A stretch of DNA of 63,904 nt, the filler included, from Phoronis australis (taxonomy: Eukaryota; Animalia; Phoronida), in the NCBI GenBank assembly GCA_002633005.1. It is 6 parts of 6 records of this genome, joined end to end, with 100 filler letters (N's around TTAATTAATTAA, not from the genome) between each part and the next. Parts side by side here need not be neighbours in the genome. Positions count along the whole stretch, not along the records: positions 62,779 to 63,904 come from NMRA01001140.1; 5 more parts are not named here. One strand, 5' to 3'. Numbering within the stretch: the stretch's first letter is position 1; each line of letters starts with the position of its first letter. The notes under the pieces were generated by a model, which was not told where the DNA came from, did not search any database, and saw only the letters and a list, made by a program, of their open reading frames with translations. Shown here in pieces: positions 62,890 through 63,904 of this stretch. The translations under genes and the position numbers were made by a program.

Positions 62890-63904
62890 ATTTCACTCGT
62901 AATTCGATACTAAGAGAAATACTTGTTTATGGTCCACAGCGTTCGCGCGCGAAACCTACTTGTTTCTGTAATTCTTATTACACTTTTGATATTTCTGCAA
63001 TCAGTTTGTAACAAACTTGTTGTATTTAAAATAGTCTTCAATTGCCCAAAAGACTAAATCCGGTTTTTGTGTTGGCATTAATGACGCGATTGCTTTAGAA
63101 ATCGTCTTCAGTTAAGGTTTGACAAAGAGAGTTATGAGTTTCTGAGTGATTCACTAAGGCTTCGATTAAAACTCACATCTTACCAGCAGCTTGTGTTTTT
63201 TCATCGTCATTCAGATTCCACTTTCTTTAAAAAATGAAGTAATTTTTTTCAGTGAAGCAGACGACGGAAACGGAGTCGTAGTGCGCAGCGCCACAGCCGG
63301 TCGCCTGGGATATCGCGGGAGAGCCTCTACTTAGTCATAGTTTCGTTACGATTGAGCCGTGTTCCGAAGTTGACACTTGAAATTGGATCTGAGACCCCCC
63401 CTCCAAACACATAAAAACTGCACACATTTAAATCTTGTTTCCGCCATATAATTTTAATTATCGGGGTTAATTAATAAACTCAACATTTCCCTACGCTCTT
63501 GCTGTTTTATTTTTTGCGGCAGCCAAGTGACGTGAAATTGCCCCCAGACCTACAGTGTACGTGGTATTTTCAAGGATTCAACAGTCCAGTAAGCAGGAAA
63601 GTCTAGCAATTTTCAAAAGCCAGCTGCCAGCTTCCGCTTACTGTGCATACGATCAGGTGCGCGACTCTTTCTGGATCATAATGTTCAGGACTCTTACGTG
63701 AATATCACAAGTCCACACGAACGTCCGCGTTACTCATTCTGGAACATGGTATTTAGGACTCGTGCAGTGTATACCAGAAGTCCATAATTTGGATGTCGTG
63801 GTTCGATTTTGCTATCCATAAAAAGTCACCATTCTTTGTGTTGCTCACGTGCACTTAACCTACACGCTGTTCGTCCCTGCAGTTACACGGTTTGCTTTCA
63901 TTTG

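Overview
This is not prokaryotic DNA. It is AT-rich genomic DNA from an invertebrate animal, made of six contigs joined by an artificial 100-nt linker (44 N + TTAATTAATTAA + 44 N). The contigs are 1-29758, 29859-38789, 38890-50808, 50909-53530, 53631-62678 and 62779-63904, so adjacency across linkers carries no information. Reading GT-AG splice sites with consistent phases gives five partial genes: the N-terminal exons of DIP2 (minus), the last four exons of myosin VI, nine fibronectin-III exons of sidekick, four exons of an uncharacterised FN3/Ig-like repeat protein (minus), and eight exons of a divergent MCCC2-like carboxyltransferase. Most ORFs in the six-frame track are spurious or are intron-extended exons. 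The introns carry many non-autonomous DNA transposons (hAT-like, Tc2/pogo-like, Kolobok-like, Harbinger-like), decayed retroelements and minisatellites. Three single-N joins look like uncollapsed alleles. I found no CRISPR array, defence system or operon. The most unusual signals are minisatellites built from exon ends plus splice donors, a candidate alternative DIP2 first exon, an apparently heterozygous MITE insertion, a triple-nested transposon, and altered active-site loops in the MCCC2-like protein. Family assignments come from recalled motifs, not database searches.
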